DNA of 64,000 nucleotides from Mobula hypostoma (taxonomy: Eukaryota). The notes beneath the pieces are model-generated. The model ran no database searches. It saw nothing but the letters and a program-made list of their open reading frames with translations, and was not told the origin of the DNA. Numbering within the stretch: position 1 is the stretch's first letter; every line of letters begins with the position of its first letter. The stretch spans positions 96,038,001 to 96,102,000 of the forward strand of contig NC_086102.1 in NCBI RefSeq assembly GCF_963921235.1, given 5' to 3'. The translations under genes were made by a program, and so were the position numbers. Positions 25,601 to 40,000 of the stretch are shown piece after piece.

Positions 25601-28164
25601 GAGGTCATCTTCTCCTTACCCACCACCCCATGGTCACCACTTCACACTGATAAAGTTCCTCTTGTCATTACCCACTACTCCCTGGTCACCCCTTTACATT
25701 AATAGAGTTCATCTTGTCCTTACTCACCAGCCCATGGTCACCCTGTCACAATGATAGATTTCATCCTGTCGTTACCCACCACCCCACAGTCAACCCTTCA
25801 CACCGATAGAGTTCATTTTGTCATTACCCACCACCCAATGGTCATCCCTTCAGACTGAAAGAGTTCATCCTGTCCTCACCGACCACCCCATGCTCAGCCC
25901 TTCACACTGATAGAGTTGATCTTGTCGTTACTCACCACCCCATGGTCACCCCTTCAAAATGATAGACTTCGTCATGTCTTTACCCACCACCCCATGGGCG
26001 CCCCTTCACACTGATACAGTTCATCTTGTTCTCACCTACGACCCCTCGGTCACTCTTTCACACCAACAGCATTCATCTTGTCGTTACCATCCACCCCACG
26101 GTCACCCCTTCGCACTGATAAGAGGTCATCTTCCCCTTACCCACCACCCCATGGTCACCCCTTCACACAGATAGAGATCCTCCTGTCGTTACACACCAGC
26201 ACATGGTCATCCCTTCACACTGATAGAGTTCATCTTGTCGTTACTCACCACACCAAGGTTACCCCTTAAAACTGACAGAGTATATCTTGTCATTACCGTC
26301 CAACCCATGGTCACCACTTCGAACTGCCAGAGTTCATCTTGTCCTTGCCCACCACCCCATAGTCACTCCTTCAAAGTGATAAGAGTTCATCTTGTTCTTT
26401 CCCACAACCCCATGGTCACCCCTTCACACCGACAGAGTTCAACTTGTCGTTACCCACCACACAATGGTCACCCCTTCACACTGAGACAGTTCATCTTGTC
26501 GTTACTTACCACCCCATGGTCACCCCTTCACACTGATAGAGATCCTCATCTCGTTACCCACGATCCCATGGTCACTCCTTCACACCGACACAGTTCATCT
26601 TGTCCTTACCCACGACACCATGGACACCCCTTCACACCGATAGAGTTCACCTTGTCTTATCCACCACCCCATGGTCACCTCTTCACACTGACAGAGTTCA
26701 TCTTGTCGTTACCCACCATCCATGGTCACCTCTTCACACCAATAGAGTTCATCTTGTCGTTACCCTCCACCCCATGGTCACCCCTTCACACCGATAGAGT
26801 TCATCTTGTCCTTACCCACAACCCCATGGTCACCCCTCCACACCGATACAGTTCATCTTGTCGTTACCCACCACCCATGGTCACCTCTTCACACCAATAG
26901 AGTTCAACTTGTCGTTACCCTCCACACAATAGTCACTCCTTCACACTGAGAGAGTTCATTTTGTCCTGACTCACCACCCCATGGTCAACGCTTCACACTG
27001 AGAGAATTCATCTTATTGTTACCCACCACCCCATGGTCACCCCTTCACACCGATAGAGTTCATCTTGTCGTTACCCACCACCCCATGGTCACGCCTGCAC
27101 ACTGATAGAGATCCGCTTGTCATTACTCACCACACCATAGTCACCCCTTCACACTGATAGAAGTCATCTTGTCCTTACCCACCACCCCATGGTCACCACT
27201 TCACACTGATAGAATTCATCTTGTCCTTACTCACCACCCCACGGTCACTCCTTCACACTGATAAAGTTCATCTTGTCGTTACTCACCACCCCATGGTCAC
27301 CCGTCCACACTGATAGAATTCATCTTGTCGTTACCCACCACCCCATGGTCACGCCTGCACACTGATAGAGATCCTCTTGTCGTTACTCACCACACCATGG
27401 TCACCCGTTCACACCGAAAAGAGTTCATCTTGTCCTCACCCACCACCCCACGGTCACCCTTTCACACTAATACAGTTCATCTTCTTGTAACCCTCCACCA
27501 CACTGTCAGCCCAACACACTGATAGACTTCATCATTTACTTACCCACCAACCCCATGGTCACCCCTTCACACAGATAGAGATCCTCTTGTCGTTACTCAC
27601 AACCCCATGGTCACCCCTTCACTCTGACAGAGATTCTCTTGTCGTTACACACCAGCACATGGTCACCCCTTCACACCGATAAGTTCATCTTGTCGTTACT
27701 CACCACACCAAGGTCACCCCTTAAAACTGAGAGAGTACATCTTGTCGTTACCCTCCACCCCATGGCCACCCCTTCGAACTGATAGAGTTCATCTTGTCAT
27801 TAACCACCACTCCATGGTCCCCCTTCACACCGACAGAGTTCACCTTGTCGTTACCCAGCACCCCATGGTCACCCCTTCACACTGATAGAATTCATCTAGT
27901 CCTTACTCACCACCCCATGGTCACCCCTTCACACTGATAGAGTTCATCTTCTCGTTACCCACCACCCCATGCACATCCTTTCACACTGGTAAGAGTTCAC
28001 CTTGTCCTCACCCACCACCCCACGGTCACCCCTTCACACTGATAGAGTTCATCTTGTCCTTACCCACCACACCATGGTCCACCCTTCACACTGATAAGAG
28101 GTCATCTTCTCCTTACCCACCACCCCATGGTCACCCCTTCACACCGGTAAGAGTTCACTTTGTC
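16577..28164. repeat. 52-bp satellite, left arm
   Basis: Consensus gatagagttcatcttgtccttacccaccaccccatggtcaccccttcacact; monomers diverged. Confidence 0.97.
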
Positions 28165-28320
28165 GGGGGACTTCCGGTAGCGCTCATGGAGTGAAGTCGC
28201 GTTCTTGACTCGCTCCATTACCTCTGAGTTTTTTTTTCTATGATCAGCTATACTTTAATTAACCATTAAGGTGTCAACTCTTACAATACTTTGAATTAAA
28301 TTGAACTCTCCGATAACTGG

Positions 28321-29220
28321 ATGCATCTTAGATCTGCTATGTCTAAGAACGGGAAAAACGGCAAGGATGGTAAACCTCCGGTTAAACCGAAAGGCATGGA
28401 TTTTCCTCCGACTGAATCACCGGTGACTTTGAAAGCTATATCGGAGTTAATTCAAAGGGAAATTTCAACCTCTGTTATGGAGATGATTCGTACGGAAATT
28501 GCAGTCTCTGTTAAGGACCTGATTCATACGGAAATCTCAATTAATCTCCAGAAAATTGCCGATTCAACCGATAAGATGCAAACATCTATTGCGGAACATC
28601 AGTCGGCTATATCTGATCTTCAAAAATCCACGCAACAAAGTGAGCTTAAGATGGGGAAAATCGAAGAAACAATTAATGTAATGAAGAAGAAACTTGACTT
28701 TCTGACTTTTAAAAACTCTGACTTAGAATCTAGAATGCGACGGCAGAATTTACGAATGATTGGGGTGCGTGAAGCTGCTGAATCTAACAACCCCATGAAG
28801 TATTTTTCTCAACTTTTAAAAGATGCATTCCCTACTGTATTTCCTGACCAACCACCGCTACTGGATCGTGTTCACAGAGTCCCATCATACTCGTCTAGGT
28901 CAGATAGACCTAGACATGTTATCTTACGTTTTCATTACTTTCAAGACAAGGAGAGACTGTTTCGATTCGCTCGATCTAAAGGTTTCATTGATTTTTCGGA
29001 TCTTAAGTTCCGATTCGTGGAAGATTTCAGTAAACCAATCTGGGACCAACGGGTTCGCTACAGATCTGTGATGTCGGAATTCTATAAGATGGATTTAAGA
29101 CCAGTGCTGCTGTACCCTGCACGTCTAAGGATTCGCATGTTAGATGGAGCCCTTCGTTTTTTTGATTCTCCATCGGATGCCCAGAGTTATCTGGATCAAT
29201 TTTCACCTTCAACATCTTAA
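28321..29220 (+). CDS. L1 ORF1p (coiled coil + RRM + CTD), 299 aa, intact
   Basis: DLESRMRRQNLRMIG, RVHR, RPRHVILRFHYFQDKE and LYPARLRI motifs typical of vertebrate L1 ORF1. Confidence 0.9.
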   Translation: MHLRSAMSKNGKNGKDGKPPVKPKGMDFPPTESPVTLKAISELIQREISTSVMEMIRTEIAVSVKDLIHTEISINLQKIADSTDKMQTSIAEHQSAISDLQKSTQQSELKMGKIEETINVMKKKLDFLTFKNSDLESRMRRQNLRMIGVREAAESNNPMKYFSQLLKDAFPTVFPDQPPLLDRVHRVPSYSSRSDRPRHVILRFHYFQDKERLFRFARSKGFIDFSDLKFRFVEDFSKPIWDQRVRYRSVMSEFYKMDLRPVLLYPARLRIRMLDGALRFFDSPSDAQSYLDQFSPSTS

Positions 29221-29928
29221 TTGTTATTTTTTTAACTATCTCCGTTGATCGGAGGCTGTGAATTGGTTGGTTTTAACTTTTTCGTGCCCTATTTGGGCAG
29301 AAAAGTTTATTTTTGATTTCTTAATATGGTTGCTAAACTTTCTTTTTAACTGCGTCATTTCTTTCTTTTCCCAGGGGATTCTGGGTAGTTACTTCCTTAT
29401 TGTCATTTTACGTATTTCCCGTATGGCCTTAAATTTTGTAGCTTTTTTTAAAATTTAATTTTGTTTTGCTTTTTATAACTAGTTTATGTTAATAATCTTT
29501 TTTTTTGTTGTTTTGTTTATTCATGGGTTTGGGGTTTATTGTGGGTTTTTTTTAATATATATTTTCTGGCTTTTGTTCTGTTGTGTGTGTATTTTAATTG
29601 AGTTACCTTTTTTTTACTGTTTTACAATTAGCTGATCTTTTTCATATTTATACCTTTTTTTTAGGGAGCGTATACCAGAAGTCACGGGGGTAGTTTTAGC
29701 GCTTGCTTCTTTCGGGCGGGTCTGTTTTAGATTTTGCCTTGGGGTCTTGGGGTGGGGGGTGGTGGGAGGGGCTTCACGTTTTAGTTTTTTTCTCTTTGGG
29801 CTATATACATTATTGAAGTACTGGTTGCGTCCTTTTTCCCGGTATCTTCTGTATGTTCTGTTTCCTCTCCGGGTTCGTGGGTCGAGCCTATCGTCAATCC
29901 TCCTCGCTGTGGGTTGACTTTAGGATTT

Positions 29929-32900
29929 ATGGAGTCTATTATTAATTTTGTCTCCTGGAATACTAACGGTCTTAATCATCCTATTAAAAGGAAAAAAGTT
30001 TTTAAAGTGTTCCGGAGACTTAAAGCACAAATTTTATTTTTACAAGAGACCCATGTACAGAGGGGGGACAGACTACGTTTTTTTAAATTCTGGAAGGGGA
30101 AACAATTTCATTCGAACTCCAATGCTAAGATTCGAGGCGTCTCTATTTTTATAGATTCCTCAGTTACTTTTATACAACAGGATATTTTTTCTGATCCGAA
30201 TGGTAGATTTTTATTGGTTAGTGGTTTACTATTTAATAAAAAAGTAGTTTTGGTTAATGTTTATGCTCCTAATATGGACTGTCCGGAATTTTATAAATCA
30301 TTATTTAATCAGTTTCCGAATTTGAACGAGTTTTCATTGATCTGGGGCGGAGATCTTAATACCTGTTTGTCTCCAGCTTTGGACCGTTCGGCTCCTTTAC
30401 GGACCTTACCTAATAAATCTGCAACTTTGATTAACTCTTTCCTTTCTGATTCTGGGTCGACGGACATTTGGCGTTTTTTGCATCCTCAGGAAAAAGATTT
30501 TTCTTTCTTTTCACATGTTCATCATTCCTATTCAAGAATTGATTATTTTTTTATTGATTCTCGTCTTATTCCTTCAGTGATTAAATGTGATTATGATTCT
30601 ATAACCATTTCAGATCATGCTCCACTTAAGCTTTCTATTAAAATTATGGCCAATATACAAAATAATAGACAATGGCGTTTTAATTCGCTGTTGCTTCAGG
30701 ACTCGGACTTTGTTAACTTTATGAATGAACAGATTGAGCTTTTTTTTACAATTAACCATACAGAGGATATTTCGGTTAACACTCTTTGGGACACTTTTAA
30801 AGCCTATATTCGTGGTCAGATTATCTCGTATTCTGCTGCTTTGAGGAAGAAGCAGAAGCAGGAGGAGATGGTAATTGTGGACAAGATTAAAGAAATTGAT
30901 AAGAAATATGTTATGGCTCCTTCTGAGGAGTTATACAAACAAAGAACTGAACTTCAAATGGAACACAGTTTACTACTCTCGTCCTCGATTGTAAACCAAT
31001 TAAAGAAAACAAGAAGTGAATTTTATGTTCACAGTGACAAAATTGGCAAGCTGCTGGCTAATCAATTGAAGTCTAATTATGTTAAATCTCAAATCGATCA
31101 GATTTATAACCAAAATGATCGATTGATACTGGATCATGTGGGGATTAATCAAACCTTTTGTGATTTTTATTCTTCTTTATATCAATCAGAGTCTCCTCGA
31201 GATTCTAAATATATGAATGATTTTTTAGATAATTTAGACTTCCCTCAGATTTCACAGGATATGTCTTCTATATTAGATACTTCCATTACTATGGATGAGA
31301 TTAAGAATGTTATTCTTTCTATGAATTTGGGGAAAGCTCCTGGCCCGGATGGGTTTACCATTGAATTTTATAAATGTTTTGCTTCTTTATTGATCCCTTG
31401 GCTCTGTAGGGTTTTTGAGGCTTCTCTGAAACTTGGTAAACTTCCTGAATCTTTTAATAGAGCGTCAATTTCTTTAATATTAAAGAAGGATAAAGACCCT
31501 GCTCAATGTGCATCTTATAGACCAATATCTCTATTAAATGTTGATTCTAAAGTTTTTTCTAAGTTATTAGCAAATAGACTAGAAAAAGTACTTCCTTCTA
31601 TTATTTCGGAAGACCAAACGGGTTTTATTAAAGGTCGTTACTCTTTTTATAATATTTGTACATTGTTAAATATCATTTATACTCCCTCACAAAATGTTCC
31701 TGAGTGTGTTATTTCTTTAGACGCCGAGAAAGCTTTTGATAGAGTAGAATGGCCTTATTTATTTAAGGTGCTTGAAATGTTTAATTTTAGCTTGAAATTT
31801 ATATCCTGGATTAAACTGTTATATCATTCCCCTGTAGCCTCGGTCCGTACTAACTCTTTAAACTCACCTTTTTTTCCTCTTTTTCGAGGTACTCGACAAG
31901 GCTGTCCTCTTAGTCCCCTATTATTTGATATTGCATTAGAACCTCTTGCAATTGCCATTCGAGAATCTTCAAATATTACTGGGATAACTCGGGGATTAAA
32001 GTCCCATAAATTATCACTCTATGCTGATGATTTACTTTTATATATTTCTAATCCTGAGAAATCCATTCCTGCTGTTTTAGAGTTATTAGCTCAATTTGGT
32101 TTTTTTTCAGGTTATAAATTAAATCTTAGTAAGAATGAACTCTTTCCGATTAATAAACATCTTCCCTTATATTATAAATTTCCATTTAAATTGATTGATA
32201 ACTATTTTTCTTATCTTGGGATTAAAATTACTTGTAAATATAAAGATTTATTTAAGATTAACTTTTTACCATTAATAGACCATATTACTCAACTTTCATC
32301 TAAATGGTTTCCCTTATATTTAACTTTGATTGGTCGTATTAATGCAGTTAAGATGTTTTTTTTGCCAAAATTTTTATATGTGTTTCAGGCATTATCAATT
32401 TTTGTTCCAAAATCTTTCTTTGATAAAGTTGACTCTAAAATTTCTTCATTTATTTGGCAGAATAAAAATCCGAGACTGGGTAAAATACATTTACAGAAAG
32501 CTAAGAGAGATGGAGGTTTAGCATTACCTAACTTTAGATTCTATTATTGGGCAATTAATATTCGACATATGAAATTTTGGTTACTTGACCAGGATATACT
32601 ATCTATTCCTAAATGGGTAGCATTGGAACTACAATCTGTTCAGGGCTATACACTTGGCTCTATTTTAGGTTCCTCTCTCCCTTTTGATTCGAAACGCCTT
32701 AAGCAGGTGTCTAACCCGATAGTTAAATATGCTTTGCGTATTTGGTTTCAATTCAGAAAATTTTTTGATCTTAATCAATTCGGGTTAGCGATTCCTATTT
32801 TAGGTAACATATTTTTTCCTCCCTCTTTTACGGATCGCGCTTTTCAAACTTGGAAGACTAAGGGTATTTTACGGTTTTTGGATTTATTTTTAGATGGTTC

Positions 32901-33705
32901 CCTTTTGTCTTTTGAACAATTATCTAATAAATATAACTTATCAAGAATACATTTTTTTAGATATTTACAAGTTAGAAATTTCCTAAGTACTATACTTTCT
33001 TCCTTTCCAATGCTTCCTCCTACATATATTTTAGATTCGATAATTAACCTTAATCCATGTCAGAATGGTGCATCGGCTATGATTTAGAATATTATTATGA
33101 AACTTAGGAAAGCTCCATTTGATAAGATTAGGGTAGATTGGGAACAGGAATTGGGGCTTACCATTTCTGTGGATAATTGGGGGCAGATTTTACAATTAGT
33201 TAATACTTCCTCTATTTGTGCTAAACATTCACTAATTCAATTTAAAGTTGTTCATAGAGCACATATGTTCAAAGATAAGTTAGCGCGTTTTTACTTGCAT
33301 ATTAATCCTTTTTGTGATAGATGTTCGGGGCAGATAGCCTCTTTAACTCATATGTTTTGGTCTTGCCCTACTTTGGAAACTTTTTGGAGAGACATTTTTA
33401 ATATTATTTCTAAGGTATTAAATATAGATATCTCTCCTCACCCTATTACTGCTATCTTTGGACTACCTAAAATTTCTAGTAATCTTTCCCCTTCAGCCCG
33501 TAGAATGACTGCATTTCTTACTTTAATGGTGGAAAGATGTATTTTACAACATTGGAAAGAGCTTAATGCTCCAACTACCTTTTTTTGGTTCTCTCAGACG
33601 ATATTATGTTTGAATCTGGAGAAAATTAGAAGTAACCTTTATGATTCTTCATTTAAATTTGAACAGACTTGGGGATCTTTTATTCGATATTTTCATTTAA
33701 TGTAA
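29929..33705 (+). pseudogene. L1 ORF2 (APE endonuclease, RT, CCHC) with one in-frame nonsense codon at 33085-33087
   Basis: SWNTNGL, LQETH, NVYAPN, GGDLN, SRIDY, SDH; KAPGPDG, YRPISLLN, DAEKAFD, GTRQGCPLSP, YADD. ORF 33097..33705 is in the same frame and carries CDRC-x8-H-x4-C. Confidence 0.92.
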
Positions 33706-34041
33706 TATATACCCTTCTTGTTTTTTTTCACTGTTTTTAATGGAGGTCGGGATTGAGGACATGATTTTAAGTTTAACTCTGTTTGGTTTCAAGTTAGCCC
33801 ATTGCTTTGCTTTGCTTTTAGTTAGTTGCACGGGGTTTTTTTTTTCTTTTTTTCTATTGATATATATATAAAATTTAGTATACTATTATGTTATCTTGGT
33901 TTCTTATGTTTAAATTACATTGTTTGTAGTATTTTTTTTAGTATTGACACCTTCTGTAATTTTATTATATTTTAACATTGTATTAATGTTTATATGGCTT
34001 ACCTTTTTGTATACTTATTCAATAAAAAGATTTAAAAAGAA

Positions 34042-37000
34042 AAGAGTTCACCTTGTCCTCACACACCACCCCATGGTCACCCTTTCACACTGATAGATCT
34101 CATCCTGTCGTTACCCACCACCCCACAGTCAACCCTTCACACCGATAGAGTTCATTTTGTCGTTACCCACCACCCAACGGTCATCCCTTCAGACTGAGAG
34201 AGTTCATCCTGTCCTCACCCACCACCCCATGCTCATCCCTTCACACTAATAGAGTTCACCTTGTCCTTACTCACCACCCCATGGTCACCACTTCACACTG
34301 ATACAGTTCATCTTGTCCTTACTCACCACCCCATGGTCACCCCTTCACGCTGATAGAGATCCTCTTCTCGTTACCCACTTCCCCATGGTCACCCCTTTAC
34401 ACTGATAGAGTTCATCTTGTCCTTACCCACGACACCATGGACACCTCTTCACACTGATAGAGTTCACCTTTCTTATCCACCACCCCATGGTCAGCCCTTC
34501 ACACCAACAGAGTTCATCTTGTCGTTACTCACCACCCATGGTCACCTCTTCACACCAATAGAGTTCAACTTGTCGTTACCCTCCACACAATAGTCAACCC
34601 CTCAAACTGACAGAGTTCATTTTGTCCTGACACACCACCCTATGGTCAACGCTTCACAACCAATAGAGTTCATCTTGTCGTTACCCACCACCCCATGGTC
34701 ACCCCTTCACACCGATAGAGTTCACCTTGTCTTATCCACCACCCCATGGTCAACCCTAAACACAGACAGAGTTCATCCTGTCGTTACCCACCACCCCATG
34801 GTCACGCCTGCACACTGATAGAGATCCTCTTGTCATTACTCACCACACCATAGTCACCCCTTCACACTGATAGAATTCATCTTGTCCTTACCCACCACCC
34901 CATGGTCACCCTTTCGCACTGATAGAGTACATCTTATCCTTACCCACCACACAATCGCCACCCCTTCAAAATGATAGAGTTCATCATGTCTTTACCCACC
35001 ACCCCACGGTCTCCCCTTCACACTGATAGAGTTCACCTTCTCCTCACCCACCGCTCCATGGTCACCCCTTCACACTGATAGAGTTCATCTTCTCGTTACC
35101 CACCACCGCATGCACATCCCTTCACACCGATACAGTTCATCTAGTCCTCACCTACCACCCCACGGTCACCCTTTCACACCGACAGAGTTCATCTTGTCCT
35201 TACCCACCACACCATGGTCCCCCCTTCACACTGATAAGAGGACATCTTCTCCTTACCCACCACCCCATGGTCACCTCTTCACACCGGTAGGAGTTCCCCT
35301 TCTCCTCACCCACCACCCCATGGTCACCCCTTCACACTGATGAAGTTCCTCTTGTCATTACCCACTACTCCATGGTCACCCCTTTACATTAATAGAGTTC
35401 ATCTTGTCCTTACTCACCAGCCCATGGTCACCCTGTCACACTGATAGATTTCATCCTGTCGTTACCCACCACCCCACAGTCAACCCTTCACACCGATAGA
35501 GTTCATTTTGTCATTACCCACCACCCAATGGTCATCCCTTCAGACTGAAAGAGTTCATCCTGTCCTCACCGATCACCCCATGCTCATCCCTTCACACTGA
35601 TAGAGTTGATCTTGTCGTTACTCACCACGCCATGGTCGCCCCTTCAAAATGATAGAGTTCGTCATGTCTTTACCCACCACCCCATGGGCACCCCTTCACA
35701 CCGATACAGTTCATCTTGTTCTCACCTACGACCCCTCGGTCACTCTTTCACACCAACAGAGTTCATCTTGTCATTACCATCCACCCCACGGTCACCCCTT
35801 CGCACTGATAAGAGGTCATCTTCTCCTCACCCACCACCCCATGGTCGCCCGTTCACACCGACAGAGTTCATCTTGTCTTTACACACCACCCCATGGTCAC
35901 CTCTTCACACCGAAAAGAGTTCACCTTGTCCTCACCAGCCACCCCACCGTCACCCTTTCACAATAATACAGTTCATCTTCTCGTAACCCTCCATCACACT
36001 GTCAGCCCTACACACTGATAGACTTCATCTTCCCCTTACCCACCACCCCATGGTCACCCCTTCACACAGATAGAGATCCTCTTGTCGTTACTCACCACCC
36101 CGTGGTTACCCCTTCACTCCGATAGAGATCCTCTTGTCGTTACACACCAGCACATGGTCACCCCTTCACACCGATAAGTTCATCTTGTCGTTACTCACCA
36201 CACCAAGGTCACCCCTTAAAACTGCCAGAGTTCATCTTGTCCTTGCCCACCACCCCATAGTCACTCCTTCAAAGTGAAAAGAGTTCATCTTGTTCTTTCC
36301 CACAACCCCATGGTCACCCCTTCACACCGATACAGTTCATCTTATCGTTACCCACCACCCATGCTCACCTCTTCACACCAATAGAGTTCAACTTCTCGTT
36401 ACCCTCCACACAATAGTCACTCCTTCACACTGAGAGAGTTCATTTTGTCCTGACTCACCACCCCATGGTCAACGCTTCAAACTGAGAGAATTCATCTTGT
36501 CGTTACGCACCACCCCATGGTCACCCCTTCACACCGATAGAGTTCATCTTGTCCTTACTCACCACCCCACGGTCATCCCTTCACACTGATAGAGTTCACC
36601 TTGTCCTCACCCACCACCCCATGGTCATTCCTTCACACTGATAAAGTTCATCTTGTCGTTACTCACCACCCCATGGTCACCAGTCCACACTGATAGAATT
36701 CATCTTGTCGTTACCCACCACCCCATGGTCACGCCTGCACACTGATAGAGATCCTCTTGTCGTTACTCACCACACCATAGTCACCCCTTCACACTGATAG
36801 AATTCATCTTGTCCTTACCCACCACCCCATGGTCACCCCTTCACACTGATAGAGTTCATCATGTCTTTACCCACAACACCATAGTCTCCCATTCACACCG
36901 ACAGAGTTCACCTTCTCCTCACCCACCACTCCATGGTAACCCTTTCACACCGACAGAGTTCATCTTGTCGTTACCATCCACCCCACGGTCACCCCTTCGC

Positions 37001-40000
37001 ACTGAAAAGAGGTCATCTTCCCCTTACCCACCACCCCATGGTCACCCCTTCACACCGGTAAGAGTTCACCTTGTCCTCACCCACCACCACATGGTCACCC
37101 GTTCACACCGACAGAGTTCATCTTGTCTTTACACACCACCCCATGGTCACCTCTTCACACCGAAAAGAGTTCATCTTGTCCTCACCCACCACCCCACGGT
37201 CACCCTTTCACACTAATACAGTTCATCTTCTTGTAACCCTCCACCACACTGTCAGCCCAACACACTGATAGACTTCATCATTTCCTTACCCATCAACCCC
37301 ATGGTCACCCCTTCACACAGATAGAGATCCTCTTGTCGTTACTCACAACCCCATGGTCACCCCTTCACTCTGACAGAAATCCTCTTGTCGTTACTCACAA
37401 CCCCATGGTCACCCCTTCACTCTGACAGAGATTCTCTTGTCGTTACACACCAGCACATGGTCACCCTTTTACACCGACAGAGTTCATCTTGTCGTTACCA
37501 TCCACCCCACGGTCCACCCTTCACACTGATAAACTTCATCTTGTCCTTACCCACGACACCATGGACACATCTTCACACTGATAGAGTTCACCTTGTCTTA
37601 TCCACCACCCCATGGTCACCCCTTCACACCGGTAAGAGTTCACCTTGTCCTCACACACCACCCCATGGTCACCTCTTCACACCGAAAAGAGTTCACCTTG
37701 TCCTCACCCACCACCCCACCATCACCCTTTCACAATAATACAGTTCATCTTCTCGTAACCCTCCACCACACTGTCAGCCCTACACACTGATAGAGTTCAT
37801 CATTTCCTTACCCACCACCCCATGGTCACCCCTTCACACAGATAGAGATCCTCTTGTCGTTACTCACCACCCCGTGGTTACCCCTTCACTCCGATAGAGA
37901 TCCTCTTGTCGTTACACACCAGCACATGGTCACCCCTTCACACCGATAAGTTCATCTTGTCGTTACTCACCACACCAAGGTCACCCCTTAAAACTGAGAG
38001 AGTACATCTTGTCGTTACCCTCCACCCCATGGCCACCCCTTCGAACTGATAGAGTTCATCTTGTCCTTGCCCACCACTCCATGGTCCCCCCTCACACCGA
38101 CAGAGTTCACCTTGTCGTTACCCAGCACCCCATGGTCACCCCTTCACACTGATAGAATTCATCTTGTCCTTACTCACCACCCCATGGACACATCTTCACA
38201 TTGATAGAGTTCACCTTGTCTTATCCACCACCCCATGGTCACCCCTTCACACCGGTAAGAGTTCACCTTGTCCTCACACACCACCCCATGGTCACCCTTT
38301 CACACTGATAGATTTCATCCTGTCAATCCCCACCACCCCACAATCAACCCTTCACACTGATAGAGTTCATTTTGTCGTTACCCACCACCGAATGGTCATC
38401 ACTTCAGACTGAGAGAGTTCATCCTGTGCACACCCACCACCCCATGCTCATCCCCTCACACTGATACAGTTCATCTTGTCCTTACTCACCACCCCATGGT
38501 CACCCCTTCACGCTGATAGAGATCCTCTTCTCGTTACCCACTTCCCCATGGTCACCCCTTCAAAATGATAGAGTTCGTCATGTCATTACCCACCACCCCA
38601 TGGGCACCCCTTCACACCGATACAGTTCATCTTGTTCTCACCTACGACCCCTCGGTCACTCTTTCACACCAACAGAGTTCATCTTGTCATTACTCACCAC
38701 ACCAAGGACACCCCTTAAAACTGAGAGAGTACATCTTGTCGTTACCCTCCACCCCATGGCCACCCCTTCGAACTGATAGAGTTCATCTTGTCCTTGCCCA
38801 CCACCCCATTGTCACCCCTTCAAAGTGATAAGAGTTCATCTTGTCCTTTCTCACAACTCCATGGTCACCCCTTCACACCGACAGAGTTCAACTTGTCGTT
38901 ACCCACCACACAATGGTCACCTCTTCACACTGAGACAGTTCATCTTGTCGTTACTCACCACCCCATGGTCACCCCTTCACACTGACAGAGTTCACCTTGT
39001 CGTTACCCAGCACCCCATGGTCACCCCTTCACACTGATAGAATTCATCTTGTCCTTACTCACCACCCCATGGACACATCTTCACACTGATAGAGTTCACC
39101 TTGTCTTATCCACCACCCCATGGTCACCCCTTCACACCGGTAAGAGTTCACCTTGTCCTCACACACCACCCCATGGTCACCCTTTCACACTGATAGATTT
39201 CATCCTGTCGATACCCACCACCCCACAATCAACCCTTCACACTGATAGAGTTCATTTTGTCGTTACCCACCACCCAATGGTCATCCCTTCAGACTGAGAG
39301 AGTTCATCCTGTGCACACCCACCACCCCATGCTCATCCCCTCACACTGATACAGTTCATCTTGTCCTTACTCACCACCCCATGGTCACCCCTTCACGCTG
39401 ATAGAGATCCTCTTCTCGTTACCCACTTCCCCATGGTCACCCCTTCACACTGATAGAGTTCATCTTGTCCTTACCCACGACACCATGGACACCTCTTCAC
39501 ACTGATAGAGTTCACCTTGCCTTCTCCACCACCCCATGGTCACCCCTTCACACCGACAGAGTTCATCTTGTCGTTACTCACCACCCATGGTCACCTCTTC
39601 ACACCAATAGAGTTCAACTTGTCGTTACCCTCCACACAATAGTCACCCCCTCACACTGACAGAGTTCATTTTGTCCTGACTCACCACCCCATGGTCAATG
39701 CTTCACACCGATAGAGTTCATCTTGTCGTTACCCACCACCCCATGGTCACCCCTTCACACTGATAAAGTTCATCTTGTCCATACCCACGACACCATGGAC
39801 ACCCCTTCACACCGATAGAGTTCACTTTGTCTTATCCACCACCCCATGGTCAACCCTAAACACAGACAGAGTTCATCCTGTCGTTACCCACCACCCCATG
39901 GTCACGCCTGCACACTGATAGAGATCCTCTTGTCATTACTCACCACACCACAGTCACCCCTTCACACTGACAGAATTCATCTTGTCCTTACCCACCACCC

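Larger units (their letters stand above)
28165..34041 (+). mobile_element. Full-length L1-clade LINE (5.9 kb) with a 16-bp TSD
   Basis: Starts GGGGGACTTCCGG; ORF1, a roughly 700-bp inter-ORF region, ORF2, 3' UTR, AATAAA at 34021 and an A-rich tail. TSD aagagttcac(t/c)ttgtc at 28149-28164 and 34042-34057. Confidence 0.95.

Noticed and set aside
33085-33097. Programmed readthrough or a separate ORF3 in the L1
   Set aside because: The downstream segment is the normal in-frame ORF2 C-terminus with the CCHC motif; a single point mutation is the simpler explanation.
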